From contig CAUYUJ010000096.1 of assembly GCA_963575745.1 (NCBI GenBank), forward strand, positions 1-64,000: 64,000 bases of DNA, given 5' to 3'. Source of the stretch: Prorocentrum cordatum. Lineage: Eukaryota. Numbering within the stretch: position 1 is the first letter of the stretch; each line of letters starts with the position of its first letter. Below the pieces are notes generated by a model, which was given only the letters and a program-made list of their open reading frames with translations, was not told the DNA's origin and did no database searches. Of the stretch, positions 1 through 12,799 are shown piece after piece. Position numbers and translations under genes: made by a program.

Positions 1-108
1 GGAAGAGGAGGAGGAAGGGGGGGAGGAGGAGGAAGAGGAGGGGGAGGAGGAGGAGGAGGAGGAGGAGGAGGAGGAGGAGGAGGAGGAGGAGGAGGAGGAG
101 GAGGAGGA
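1..108. repeat. (GGA)n microsatellite
   Basis: Near-perfect GGA/GAG trinucleotide run. Confidence 0.95.
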
Positions 109-1784
109 GTCCAGGATCGCGGAGGTGTTCGTGGCGGCTGCCTCGCCTTCGGCTACCTCCGAGCTGGGGGCTCGCCCGAAGCCCAAGGCTGGGCCCCGCG
201 GCAAGACGGCCGCGCAGGGCGGCGACGAGACGCTGAGGGCCAGCGCGGACGATGGAGATAGAGCTGCTGGGCTGCCGAGGAGGCGAGGCCAATCGTTGCC
301 AGTCATGGGGGAGCCATGCGTGCGCGCGCTGGCGGCGGACCCCAGGCTCTTCATGGGCGCGAGCGGGACGCGCGGGTACTTGACGTGCCACTGGTGCCTG
401 CCCGACAAGGTCGGCATCCACGTGGTCAAGGCGCACGTGACCAGCGGCGAGGAGCTTTGGAAGTATCTCACGGCATGCTTGCTGTTCACGCCGAGGGGCA
501 GGATGATCTTCCCGGTGGAGGCGGCACCGGCGGCGTCTACAAGGGCGGCTTCGTCCTCCACTTCGACGGGCGCTGCGCGGTCAGGCATGCACAACCGAAG
601 CGCGCCCAAGGTGAGGCTCGCAGCGCAGGAGGTTATCACCAAGAAGGCGATGGAGATGAGGGTGCCGTCCGACGACGAGGAGTGGGGCGCGCTCCCGACC
701 GCCGATGAGTACCCGCACGAGGAGGACCGACACGATGAGCAAGTGTTCGTGGTCTACCCGGCGGACTGCGACCAGGACGTCAAGGGCCTCGACATTGAGA
801 ATGTCCCCCCATCGGCGGCGAGAAGATCAAGTTTGGCAGGTACAGGGGCTACACGTTCGTGGAGTTCGTGGAGAGTGGCCCCGCGGCCCGCGTGTATGGC
901 AATTCTCTCATCAGGACGGCGATGGCTAGCGACCAATCCCGGCTGTCCGTCGACCAGTACCGGCTGGCCTGGTTCCTGATCTACCTGATGGCGCTCGGCG
1001 AGTGGGGCCCCCCGTCACAGAATGAGGACGGGGCGCTCCAGGTGCTGATGAGCAACGGTTCCCAGGATGGCGCTGAGGTCTACGGCTCCTGCTCCAGGGA
1101 TCCTCCTGGCACTGCGGTGCTTGACGCAGCTTGCCAGATGACAATGCATGGCGCGCCCTGGAGGGTCAGGTACGAGGAGGAGCTTTTCTCCAGGTAGCTC
1201 AAGACGGCCCCAAGGTCTCAGCATACCAAGTTCCGAGGAGTCGGCGGGGGCGCGCGCGGCGACGCGGTGTGCGACATGCCGGCGGGCATCGCCAGCGTCC
1301 CGTTCGCGATCGAGTCCGCAGAGCTCGATCAGGATGCGCCTCTGCTCATCTCCAAGGGCGCGCAGTCCACGCTCGGGGCGGTCATCGACGCGGCGAATGC
1401 GGTAGCCGACTCCACCGAGATCGGCGCCTACAACGTACCCCTATTTAAGACCAGCGGCGGCAACCTGAGCGTCAATCTGCTGGTCTTCGGTCCGGAGTTT
1501 CAGGCCTACATTGCCGAGGACGGGCTCGGCGGCGGCTTCGACGCGGTGGAGCTCCCGGAGGCGGAGGTGGTGATGCAGGCGGTCGAGGCGTTGGCGACGG
1601 AGATGGCCTTCGAGAACCCGAACGAGATCGAGTGGGACAATGGCGAGTCCGTCAGGGTGGCCAGCTCGAGGCGCGCGAAGAAGGTAAGGGCCATGCACGA
1701 CGACCCGTGCACCATCGACTCCTGGTCACTCGACATCATGATGGGCAGTACTACCAGGAAGAGGCGACTACCCAGGGGGAAGAC

Positions 1785-2445
1785 CATGCTGAAACAGATC
1801 TTCTGCGGGCAGTTCGGCCTCGCCCTGCTCGCCTCCACCACCTGTGGCTATGACTGCGGCCAGCCCTGGGGCATCGAGGACGGCTGGGGTGGCGCTTCCA
1901 GGAAGGGCCGACAGACGGCGAGGAGGCAACTGCTGGAGGAGGACCCCTATGTGACGATCATCACCATGCCTTGCGGCCCGTGGGGCGAGTGGGGCCGCTG
2001 CTACCTCTCCAAGGGCGGAGCGGCGGCGGCTGCAGTTCAGGAAGCTCGGGAAGCTACGAGGCCGTTGCTCGCGCTCTCCGACCAGATCGTTGCTGACTGG
2101 GTAAGACGGGGCATGCGCGTCTTGATGGGGCAGCCCCTTGGTTCAAGCGCCTACTTCGAGCCCGAGATGACCAAGACGCAGGAGCTGGCAAGGAAGGGCT
2201 TGCTCCTAGAGTGCACCCCGCACGGATGCGAGCTCGGCTATGCCGACGTGGAGACCAAGGAGCCGCACTACAAGCCGATGAGGTTCCTGACGACCAGCGT
2301 GGCAATCTACGCGGCGCTGCAGGACGAGAAATGCTCGAGGGACCACTACCGCCTGCCGTTGGGGAACCAGAAGAAGACGCGGGCGGCAGCGAAGTGGCCC
2401 GACAAGCTAGACAGGCTGGTACTACACGCGATCGAGCAGCAGATC
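1785..2445 (+). pseudogene. C5-cytosine methyltransferase-like domain within retroelement pol (degenerate)
   Basis: ORF 1267..2688: KQIFCG (motif I-like), ITMPCGPW (PC, motif IV), VLMGQP (EN/EQP motif VI decayed), YKPMRFLT, AAAKWPDKL. Confidence 0.6.
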
Positions 2446-2739
2446 GACCTCGACGTCGACGAGCACATCTCGCAAGGGCTCGGGATCCTGGAGAGCTACG
2501 CCGTCGAGGGCCAGCGCGAAGCGAAGAAGCGGGGGCTGCGTGGCAAGCAGCCCCCGAAGCGTCCTCCAGCTGTGGGCGGGTGTCATGAGCCGCAGGGCCC
2601 GGACTTCCACCCGAGGACGGGCCGGCGAGGGATCCTGGCGGAGTTGGGCAGAACATGCCGCGGGCCTCGAACCCGCGCTTTCTGCTGAGGAGCGAGGCCG
2701 TCGGGCGAGATGGCTCACCTACGACCCCGCGGTCAGACG

Positions 2740-3860
2740 CGACATCGGGAACTTGCGCGTCAACTTCGGCCACCCGACCAACGTGACGCGGGTGAGGTGC
2801 CTGAGGAGGTCTGGCGCTAAGAAGGAGTTTCTAGGCTGCGTCTGGGATTTTAGGTACGACGCCTGCGGCGACGTGATCAGGGCGAAGCACGTCCGCCTGG
2901 TTCGCGTGCCGGGACGCTATCAGTTCAACTGTCACGTGATGCTCGACACGCTGTTCGCTCACGATGCCGAGGGCAACGCCCACGCTTTCCTCAATATTGT
3001 CTGAGACAGCACGAGGTCCCAAGTCGTTTGGTACCTCCGCAAGGGCACGCACGCCCCTTCGGCCAAGGTCGCACTAGACACATTCCTCGCGGTGTGGGCG
3101 AGCTGGGCGGGGCTACCCCAGTCTATCTTCGTGGACCGTGGCGAGGAGTTCGCTAATTAGTTCTTGGCCATCATGCGCGAGAACGGCGTAGAGATCCAGA
3201 GCGCAGCCCTGGAAGCACACGAGCAACTCGGCAGGATCGAGTGGCTGGGCGGCGTCGGTGAGGAGGCGTGGCATCGCGTGGTGCAGGATGCCCAGATCAC
3301 GAAGGACAAGGGCTCCAGGAGCGCTTGCGGTGTCATCAACCAGGTGCGCAACGAGACAGTGATCTACGACGGCTACGCTACCGCCAACTGGGTGCTAGGT
3401 ACTCGCGGCCTGCGCGGGCCCGGGTCGATAATGCAGGACGCCGAGGCCGAGAAACTACAGGTGCAGGAGGCGGCGCTCGACCTGGAATCCGCCATGGCAC
3501 CCGACCTGCTGTGGCGCGAGCGCGCCAAGGTCGCCTTCGTGAAGATGGACAACGACAACCGCGTGAAGAGGGCAAAGCTGGCGAGGTCAACGCCTACGAG
3601 GGGAAATTTCCCGTGGGCGCCTACGTGTACTTCAGGCGCGCCCGCGGAAGGCCAGGCGCGCCCTCTACCACCGTTGGTTCGGCGTCGCGCGCGTCGTCGG
3701 CCACGACTTCCCCGACCCCGAGAAGATGGCGGACGGACTCGAGGCTACGCTCCGACCTGCGGCCGTGCAGGGGAACCCTCGCGCGATTTAGGTACGGTAT
3801 GGCGGCGATGCGGTCATGGCAAGACCGGAACAGCTTCGGTTCGCGACAGAGGGCGAGCTG
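2740..3860 (+). pseudogene. Retroviral-type integrase (Zn finger, DDE core, SH3-like tail), disrupted
   Basis: VNFGHP...YDAC zinc finger; VMLDTLF; FLNIV*DSTR; WASWAGLPQSIFVDRGEEF; EAHEQLGRIE; VGAYVYFRR. Stops at ~3002 and ~3158. Confidence 0.85.
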
Positions 3861-3962
3861 ATCACCTGGGACCGGATGCCCGCTGATCAACGTGGAGCGG
3901 CACTTCCGCGAGGGCCTCGTCGGTTCCTGGACGCTCGTCGCGAAGGTCTTGAGGGCGCCTGC

Positions 3963-4960
3963 AGACATCTCGACTGCCCACTCGGATGATGACCTGACCC
4001 CTTTCGGGATCATTCTTTAGAGCTGGGAACGGGCCATTCCAGCCTCCCCAGTCATCCTTCGTGGTCGTGGGGCGATGATAATCGACCAAGTCTTCTTCGT
4101 CGTAATAGTGCCAGCCAGTAATCGGCGTTTTAGTGCGTAAGGCACGATTTGTCTTAGCTACCGCTGTGGCCTGTGTGCTAGCTTTAATACATACCCTGCG
4201 TATCGTCTGTTCACGAGAGTGGTCCGACGTTTCCGTCGGCTGTTCGTGGTCCAAGACAGTTAGATCAGGGAGCATTGCTGGTTGCCGTCCAAACAAAGCG
4301 CTATATGGTGACACCTCGTTATAGAAGGTGAACGCGTTGGCGGCGAACAGGGCCTCGTGCAGTAGTCGGGTGAACACGAGAGGTATATCTACCCTATTGA
4401 GTTCAGCTTCCATGACGTGAAGTAGATGGCGTAGGATGCTATTTCTGGCCTCGGTCGTTGTAGCGTGTTGTCCGCGCGCACGTATCCTAAGTTCGGTGCC
4501 TTTTGCCTTGGGGACTGCTTTCGCAGTGTCGTTGTTAAGGGCACCCTCTCCATCATAATATAACACCTTTGCCAGTCCAAACTGCAACCAGCACTGATGA
4601 TGTGCATCCAGGATGCTGGTCATAGTCTTGTCTGGTATCTCAGTTCCAGTAGTATATCGTACACAGCGATCGATGATATGGCAAATCTTATGTTCGTGTT
4701 TGTAGAATATCAGATCACATTCCGCTTCCTCTTTAAATTTACCAGGTAGTGCAGGTATGACAGTGTGCCCAGGCTTGTCCCAAGCGCTGCACTCTCGGCA
4801 TGTGTCGCAGACACCTTTAATCAGGTTGAGGTTGACCTTGTCCAGACCTATCTTGCTTAAGATGAGTCTCATCTTGGGCTCTTTCGCATGGGACCAACGC
4901 AAGTGTAGCTTCCGCAACTCGCGTGTTACCACGCGGGGGTCAAGGCTTCGTAAATTTAGT
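3963..4960 (-). pseudogene. Integrase of copy A
   Basis: C-terminal part of ORF 3862..6093: LHLRWSH...CREC (HHCC), EAECDLIF, HIIDRCVRY, LYYDGEGAL, HATTTEARN, WNGP. Confidence 0.88.
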
Positions 4961-5689
4961 GGACTGATTTGTACATCGAACCGTGGCCAGTCTGGTAGTC
5001 GTGGTCGTGCAGCAGGGTTCCCCGCTGGTGGTGGTGGAGGTGCTTCTCTACCTTGTTGTCGACCACGTCTGACTCTAACCTGTGGTAATCGGAGATGGCC
5101 ATCCGAACTACCAGCTCCGCTCGAGGCAGGTTGCCCTGCAGCAGGTTCAGCAGCATGTCTTCCTACGCTAATGTCGTGACTGCTTGCGCCCGCTGTAGGT
5201 CCGGCTCTGGTGCCGGGTCTCGGTGCTCTCAGCCGCGTAAGCGGTGATGCGGCTGGCGCCTCGGGTGGTGGCGCTGCTAACTCAGCAGGGGCCTGCGGTG
5301 CAGGTCCTGCTGCCGGTCCAGCAGGAAGCGGCGGTATCTGTCCATGATTGTCGGGCAGTTTCGAAGGCTTGGCAAGCTTGCGTTGGCCAGGTGTTAGTGC
5401 GTGTCCAGGCTTGTTCTTCCCATAGTTCTTCTTGCAGCTCGGACCTCCCCATTGGTGGTCGCCCTTATCGTGCCGCCTGCAATGTCTCGGACCTCTATCA
5501 TGAGAGGGAGAATGCATGTTAACGTTGTCCGCGCGCGCAGGACGCCCGAGCCCCCCCGATGATGGTCTCGCAATCGAGCCATCAGGTTGTCGAGGGGGAC
5601 TCGGGTCATCCAAGTCGTATCCCCTTACGTTAGTGGCCAGCGCGGTGGACGAATACGGGTAGCCATGGGAAGAATCACGAGTTACCTGG

Positions 5690-6230
5690 AAGAGATCGTG
5701 CGCGATCTGAACAGCATCGGCAAAGAGCGACTGCATCTTTTGAGTATATTGTGCAGCCACGGACAGTTCCTTGTTACATGCCGACGCGTGCTGATGATGG
5801 CCAGTACATCGTTTTCTTTCAAAAGGCTCTCGTATCAGTACCCCATGGGAGTCACGCAGGCCAGTAGCGCATTCATCCATGTTCACCTTGCAAGTGCCCT
5901 TGCTTTCACAACGTAGTCCATGGTGGCATCTGATCCACCCAAGTCCCCACTGGTTGTTCTCGTAAGTAGAATCGTCGAATATCATTTTGACGTACAACCA
6001 CCCTCCCACATAACTTAATCTGTGGCAGCTCTTCTTTATGATGTTCGTGCCACGTGTCGTAGTTAACCTTTGCGTTGACATGAGAAGCATCACTGCATCT
6101 TGGACATCCTTGTTGCCAAGGTCAACAGAGGTGCGTTTGTCGAGGTTTCCCCCAGAAGACAGACACTCGGCTGAATGCTAATTGAGAGATGCCTCCAGTT
6201 CCTCCGCGCGATTCCAACATATCTACCTTG
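5690..6230 (-). pseudogene. Methyltransferase-like domain upstream of integrase (frameshifted)
   Basis: Hand translation of 6230-6090 gives VDMLESRGGTGGISQLAFSR / SSGGNLDKRTSVDL; downstream MDECATGL...CTGHHQH...AAQYT. No clear PC motif seen. Confidence 0.5.
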
Positions 6231-8157
6231 TTGTGTCGTCCGTAACACAAGGTGGGGATTATGGAGAATACATCTGCGTAGGATTCAGCAGGTTGCCCCG
6301 CAAGTAGTGTGATGAAGGCCTCCTCTTCATCGTCGCTGTCCGTGTCGGAGTCAAGAGGTGCGTCGGTGTAGTGCGCGCTACATTCGAGTCCTTTCAGGTT
6401 ATCTCCACAGTCGTCGTTGCTTTCTTCGGCTATTTTGGGTATCTTGCGTGGCTTGATGTCAGCTTCTTTGTCTGCTTTCTATTTTTCTGTGTTTACTTCT
6501 GGCATCCGTTGGTAGTGCTGTCTGTTGTCCTGTCTCAGGTGGGCTAAGTGTCGGAAATTCGGGAATCGAGGGGAGCGCGCGGCCGCGCTCAATCGAAAGG
6601 GGAGGGGGGCGATCGTCATCGATGATCGCCACTCGCCTTGAGCGTGGACGTGAGCTGCTATCTCCCAGGAGAGTCGGTTCCGGCTGCTCCCAGTACAGTC
6701 GGGTACGAATGCTAGTAACACCATTGGGTAATGGTGCGTTGTAATTGTGCCCGATAGGCTGGTCCTGGGTCTTGATGTCTTGGATGATCGTGTTCTCGCC
6801 CAGGTTCATCGTCACCCGTCTAACAACATGATCCCACTCGGGGCCATTCTTCCGATACTGAATGTAAGTTCGAGCTCCTTTATCGACTCGAGTATGGATA
6901 CTAAGATCTGCAGCGCTTGTGTGATTCCTCTGCGTTGTATGTAGATCCATCAGATCAAATAACCTTGCGGTCATGATCGCGAGCGTCTTGTTGCGCCATT
7001 CGGCCTTCTGAACACCTTGTCCGTGCCAATCTAGGATCTGCTCAGTAGGTTGTGCAGGTTTCCCTGCTATGTTGCATGCGCATCGCCATAAGTTGGTCGG
7101 GATGCGCGTGCAGGTAGTCGCCACTTGCAGATATGATCTGCTGGGCAACGAGTTAGCGCGGTCGTACTTGAGGCCGAAGTGGCAGAAACGCATACGCATG
7201 ACTCGTACATCAAGATCTTCAATAGCTTCTCGTATGGGACATTGTTTCCAGAAGTATCCCGGTGGTCCAACAAGTACAAGAGTCATACATAGAGCCCGAA
7301 CTTTGGACATCAAATTTTGGATGCCCTGGTAGTGTGGCCCTGCCCTCTTGCCAGGCAGCCTCGCATGCCAATCAGCAGGTGTTGCCACCCGCAACAGTTG
7401 GTAATCGCCCGAGAGAAATGCACCCAAATACTGTGTGCCAGTGGAGGTCATTACCTCTGTATGTGTAATACGGTCGCACATGTATCCACGGGCTCGGAGT
7501 TCAACGCAAGCTGTCCGTATATCTTCAATAACAAATGCACGAGAATCATCATGATGCGGCATTTTTTGTTGTTTCTGCAGCGGCCACACAGCCGGGTCCA
7601 CTGCTGGTCGTGGCAGCCGCGCAGCCGGGCTTGCCGCGGTCCCTGGCACGCGCAGCCGGTGCCTGGGAAAAGAATGCAGCATTCCCCGCGTTTGCTGACA
7701 GTACCTGGGTGTTCGGCCTGTCTGAGCAAGCGCGAGTGGCCGTGGCGCGCGCCTGCCCCCGTCGCTCGTTTGGCGATGGGGGCGTCCAAATGCCTGTGCC
7801 ATGCTTTTGCCATGCTGCGCTGCAGAGCCGCTGCTCGAAGTAAAAACATCAAACTTCTCAGCGGCATCATCCCCTTCCGCAGGTGTCCCTGCCTGTGCAT
7901 CGGGCGGCGTCCACTTCGTGCCTTCCTCGTATATGGCCTGATATACCTTCGCCTGCAAATTGCGTAAGGCGAAGTCCTTGTCGGCCGAGGTCGGGTTAGT
8001 CCCGAAGGACGTACTCCTGCGATGCCAGGTCTTCCAGGTGTTGTTCACCAAAGACTGGATCGTGAAAGCGAACGTCTCCTCGTTGATGGAGAAACTGATG
8101 CCCTTTGTGTTTTGTGACATCATATATGCGTGGGCATCGCTCACAGCAGGTGTCCCT

Positions 8158-8548
8158 GGGGTTGGCTCCGGATCAGATGCCTCTTTGACGAGCAATGGAT
8201 CATCTTCGCAATGAGGGTTGGCCGTAATGGTAAACGACATCGACGCTTTACCCTCAGTAGCCGTCCCGCACTCGTCAGCCATGAGTGCCAGATGTCCAGG
8301 AAGTGTCTTCATCAAATCAAGTACTCTAGCACCCTTTTCACATCGGATCTTGTACATCTCCGCGCCAGGGATGATCATCTTCTCGTGCCCCTGCTCCAGG
8401 GTCAGGATGGCCCTCATGTTGGACATGCTCCTAAGACCCAGGATGGCAGGGAGGTTCCCACCAGAACCCTCAGCGACATTTGCAGAATGCGTTTCAAGTC
8501 TCGGAGCAGCAGGTGTCCCCGCCGGATCTCCCCTTTCTTTGCGCGCGA
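8158..8548. repeat. ~390-bp diverged direct repeat, copy 1 (partner 12800-13188)
   Basis: Visibly collinear sequence. Both encode MSNMRAIL.LEQ.HEKMI.PGAEMYKI...EDDPLLVKEASDPEPTP. Confidence 0.95.
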
Positions 8549-8552
8549 TCTT

Positions 8553-11500
8553 TTTGGTCGCGGCCGCGAGCGAAGAGCGCAGGCAACGAACAGGATGTCC
8601 GGGCCGACGGGCAAGCCTAATTAGTAATTAGCTACAAGACGCACCGCTAGCCGGCCGGCCCACTTACAAAGCAGCCGTGGGGCTGTGCGGGAAGCTGACG
8701 GCAGAGGCATCCTGGGGGGCTCGGGCACGTGCAGTCTGACAAAATGTAGAGAAATTCGTTGCCTGCCGTGAGGCATAGACCACGCAGAGACATGGCGTGC
8801 ACCGGGGCTGACGTGCCCGTCATACAGGGTGGGGGCAGGCGCGAAGCCCGATGAGCGGGTCGCCAGTGGGGCGCCATGCCCAATCCTTCCCAACGACGTG
8901 TGCTGGCTAGGGGAGCTGAGCTGCCGAGGAACGTGGAGCGTCGCAAACCTGCCGGAGGAGGGGGGATGAGCCCGGGGTGTTGTTGCGGCTGCGAAAAACT
9001 AAACCACTCCGGCGCGGTCACAGCACCCGAAAGTCCACCAGGCAATGCACGTGGTAGGCCCGGGCGACCGCGAGCCGGCCCCGTCGACAACGGCGCAGCG
9101 CCAGGCCAGATGGACTAGAGGAGAAAGCCAGGCAGGCGTGGTGAGCATCGCCAGCGAGGCAGGGGGATCCAGGGGGGTGCTGCGCAGGGGGCGCGGCAGC
9201 TGCCGCCTGAAGTACGCCGAAGGCCACCGTGGGGCGGCCTTATCCTCCAAGTACACGAAGCTGGCTGTGCCTCCAGGGGCGGTGCGTGGCGTGTGTCCAA
9301 GCTAGTGGGAAAACCATTGCTAGTAGGATGGGGCGACCTGGGTGAGGCTGCGCTGTAGCAGCCGCGCGGGGCCGACGGCCACAATGGGCCGACCTTGTCC
9401 GCCGCTTCCGCCCTTCCCCGCGGGAGTCCAGGGCCGCCGTCAACCGCGCGCCAAGTTGGCCTCCAGGGTCGCAGCTAACCGCCGCTGAAAGTGAGGAAAC
9501 TTACCGCGGTCAGCGGGGGTCCAGGGCGGCCCTGGGGAGGGGGGGCGAAGCCGTCGAAGCCAGTCGGCAAGCCTGGCGAAGCCCCGCCAGTAGAAGGCTC
9601 GAGGGGAAGGGGGGGGGTAGATGCGACCGACCGCTCCCGCAGGGGGCCACCGAGGGGAGCGCCGGGTGAGGGAAGCGCAAGGAAGCGAGCCCCGAGGGCC
9701 AAGGGCGGGCGGGGGGCACCCGCCCGGCCCGAGAGGGGCCCGATGGGGAGAGGCGAGGAGGAAGCACCTCAACGCCCTTCGAACGGGCCCCAGATCTGCC
9801 TGTCAAGGGACACGGCCGCCAATCTCGAGAGTCCTCCAGGGTCGCAGCTAAACGCCGCTGAAGTGCAAATAGTAACGAGTGATAAGTCCTTCGCCCGGTG
9901 TTGGTGCAGCTCGATGGTGTGGTCCAGAATGGTCATCCTGCCACGCTGAATGCTGGTCTGCCAACGCGGAGACTGGCACGTCTGTGGGGGCCGTGTGCGT
10001 TGGTTCCTCCAGGGTCGCAGCTGACCGCCGCTGATGTTCGGGCGCCTGCGGTGTGACAAAACTGTGACCTAGCTAAGTCGAGCTCGCCGCCGGGCAGGCG
10101 GGGGGGATGCTGGGGCCCACCTCCTGCCCATGGCCCGCGAGCTGGCTGTCGTCATCGGACAGCACTGTCTGGGGGCCAGGGGGGCCTGCTTGCGCGAGCC
10201 AGGCGGGCCCCGCCGTGCCAGTGAGGGTGAGATGTCGGGTGCAAGTGGGGGGTCCCCCAGTGTCGGGCCCAGAAAGGTGGATGGTGGTCCACTTATCCAG
10301 CGTGGGCTGTCTAGCTAAGCTGCGCCGTGGGTGAGATGTGGGGGTGGGCCTTCGCCCCGGCGGAGGGTGGCCCCGGGCGTTGCGGCCTCAGCTGGGCGCG
10401 GCAGGGTGAAACAAGCCCCTTCGGGGCAACGGGTGGCTGGAGGTGGGGGGGGCAGGTGTCCATGGGCAGGTCCCTGCTATGGGCGTTGAGGTAGGCCGTG
10501 TCGGGAGCGCGGCAGCCTTGGGTGCCGGAGTGGCTCTTAGCCCACCAGCGGGCCCGCTTGTCCGAGTCGCGGTCGTCCCCTCGTGGGGAGTATCGTTTGC
10601 CCCTGCCTTTCCAATCGGAGTCCGTCCATGGGGTATCTCGCCACTCCCACGAGGTCCACTCTTGCCAGCCCCGCCACTGGCTGGGGGTGGCAGTTCCAAT
10701 GGCTCCAGCCCAGGAGTCCCGTGCAGCTGCATGCGCGAATGCTCGGCTCTCGGCAATCCGGGGGGCCAGCTCGTCGCGGCTGCTGTGCCGCGTGGGGCGT
10801 GTGCGTGAGCGTCGTGCCGCGCGGAGTCCATGTGCTTGTCCCTAACTGCGACCCAATCTACGCCGAGCCTGAGTTCTCGATCCATCCGATATGCATCATG
10901 GTCGGCGTTGGTCCATGCTCCCAGGAAGTCCGAGCAAGTTTTGGGTGTGTTGAGTTTGGGATTGCTCTTGTAGCCTCCCTTGGGGTCCTGACACAGGGCA
11001 GCCCGCTTAACCCACGCATGCCAGATGCCGTTGAAGGAGCCTCCCAAGGTCTTTTGCCGGCGTGTAATCTTGTCCTGGATGGGCTCGTCCCTTTCCACGT
11101 CTGCAGCTGCAATAGTGCATCTGTACATGGGGCTGCCGCCCATGGGGTCGTTAAGGTTCTCGTAGTATGGCTGGGCACCCCTGCTGTCCTTCCCGGGTGC
11201 CCAGCGGGCCTCTGTGCGCATGAGATTACCCCTGGGTGACTTGACGGCGCGCCCTCTCCCGTCTTCAATATCTCCCGAGGCGGGACGGTCGCGTCCTCGG
11301 TCCCATGAAGTGCGGTTGGGCGTGCGGTCGATCCTGGCTCCCGCGCGATCCCAGGATGATGCGCTTCCCCTTCCAGAGCTGTCTTTGGCCCTCCGGAGTT
11401 CCAGGGCAGCAACTAGGTCAACGGTCCGGGAATAGGGGGTCCAGGCCTTGCCGCTTGGGGGCGCATCCGTTAATGCACCGAGGGGGTCGAAGAGGTCTGC

Positions 11501-12785
11501 TCCTTCGTCCTCGTCGTCGGCCAGTTCTGGGCTCGCGATCGGGCTCGTTTCCTTGGTTGTGGCTCATGCTGTTCCTGGGTCGTCCCCCCAGTCGGGCGCA
11601 TCGTGCTCGCCCTCGGTCTTGCATGCCTGCTCGCGCGAGTCCTGCACGTCCGTGGGCGGGTCGTTGGCCCCTTCGTTGCCGGGGGCCTCATCATCCGCCC
11701 TGGGGGGGTGACCTGGAGGTGCCTCTTGCTCCCGAACCTGGCTGTCCGATGGGGGGGCGTTTGCTACATCGGGTCTGTTCAGCCAGTATGCCGCCGGAGA
11801 GTTTGCCGTGGTTGCGGTCTCCATGGCGGTCTGAACTGGGCCCAGCTTCGCCAGTGATTTTATGGTGCCGTCGGCGAGGGTCGTGGGGTCCATGCCCACG
11901 AGGTATTGCACTAGGGTGCTGAGCCTGTGGCGAAGAGGGCAGGCGCCTCGCTGCTCATCAAGGTTGGCTGCGTATGCCTGCCATTTGCTCGCATGCATCA
12001 CGTTGGCCCGCGCCAGGTGGGACACCGCGCGTGCCGCTGCCGCTCGATGGCTGTCCCATGGGATACCTGGGGGATGGCTATTGTCCGGGATCGTCTCTCC
12101 GTAGATGTTGACCAGGAAAAGGCGCAGACACTGGGGGGGCCAAGACTCCTCGTTGGTCTTCGCGCCCGTGATCCCGAAGCCGTATTCCGCCACGTAGTCC
12201 ACCCACTTTTCGTAAACAGTGGGGTTCCACTCTAGCAGGAACTTGACCAATGAGCGCAGGGCGCTATGAGACCCCTGTCCTGTGAGCCCAGAGCTAGAGT
12301 GGGTTGGTAGGGCGGGCCCCGAGGGCGGGGGAATGTAGGGGGACAGGGACTTGATGTCCCGAGCCTCGGCATCTTGCCCGCTCCCCTCACCGTCGGGGTA
12401 GGGCTGGCCGGTGCTGGTGGGGAGGGTCAACCCTCCGGCTGGGGAAGCTGGTTTTGTGTAGGCGTCTGGAGCTGCGGCGCTGGCGCAGTCTGGGGTGAGG
12501 TAGACGGCGATGTCGTGGCGCTCAACTACCATTTCCGTTGTCGCTTCCCGCTTGGCTGGTGCCGTGGGGTAGATGCGCGAGGACTGCTGCCGCGTTCCAG
12601 ATGTGCGTGAGGCACCGCCTACAGGCCCAGCCGGCGTTCCACCTCCGTTGGGTCCAGAGGGCGAGCATGAGATCCCATGGCGGTAGACCAGTACTGTCAT
12701 CGACGGGTGCTTCAGGCTCTGGGTTCCGCAGGAAGCATCCTAGCGCTGGGCGGGTCGCTGCCCACTCCAACAAAGGTGATCCCGC
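8553..12785 (-). mobile_element. Unclassified GC-rich insert with two ORFs of unknown function (10388..11221, 11564..12700)
   Basis: Compositional shift between the two Copia-like copies. ORFs contain a loosely repeated ~50-aa helical unit. No catalytic motif recognised. Confidence 0.35.
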
Positions 12786-12799
12786 TGGGCAGGTTTCGC

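Larger units (their letters stand above)
110..3962 (+). mobile_element. Degenerate Copia/Ty1-like LTR retrotransposon pol fragment (methyltransferase-like domain, then integrase; no RT seen)
   Basis: Collinear broken ORFs: KIKFGRYRGYTF (~822-857), methyltransferase-like block in 1267..2688, integrase motifs at 2740-3860. Many stops and frameshifts. Confidence 0.75.
3963..8552 (-). mobile_element. Copia-like LTR retrotransposon, copy A (protease C-terminus to integrase; truncated at both ends)
   Basis: ORFs 6459..8426 and 3862..6093. Lower GC than the flanks. Shares ~390 bp and the GCAGG-N4-CCYGC motif with copy B. Confidence 0.8.
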
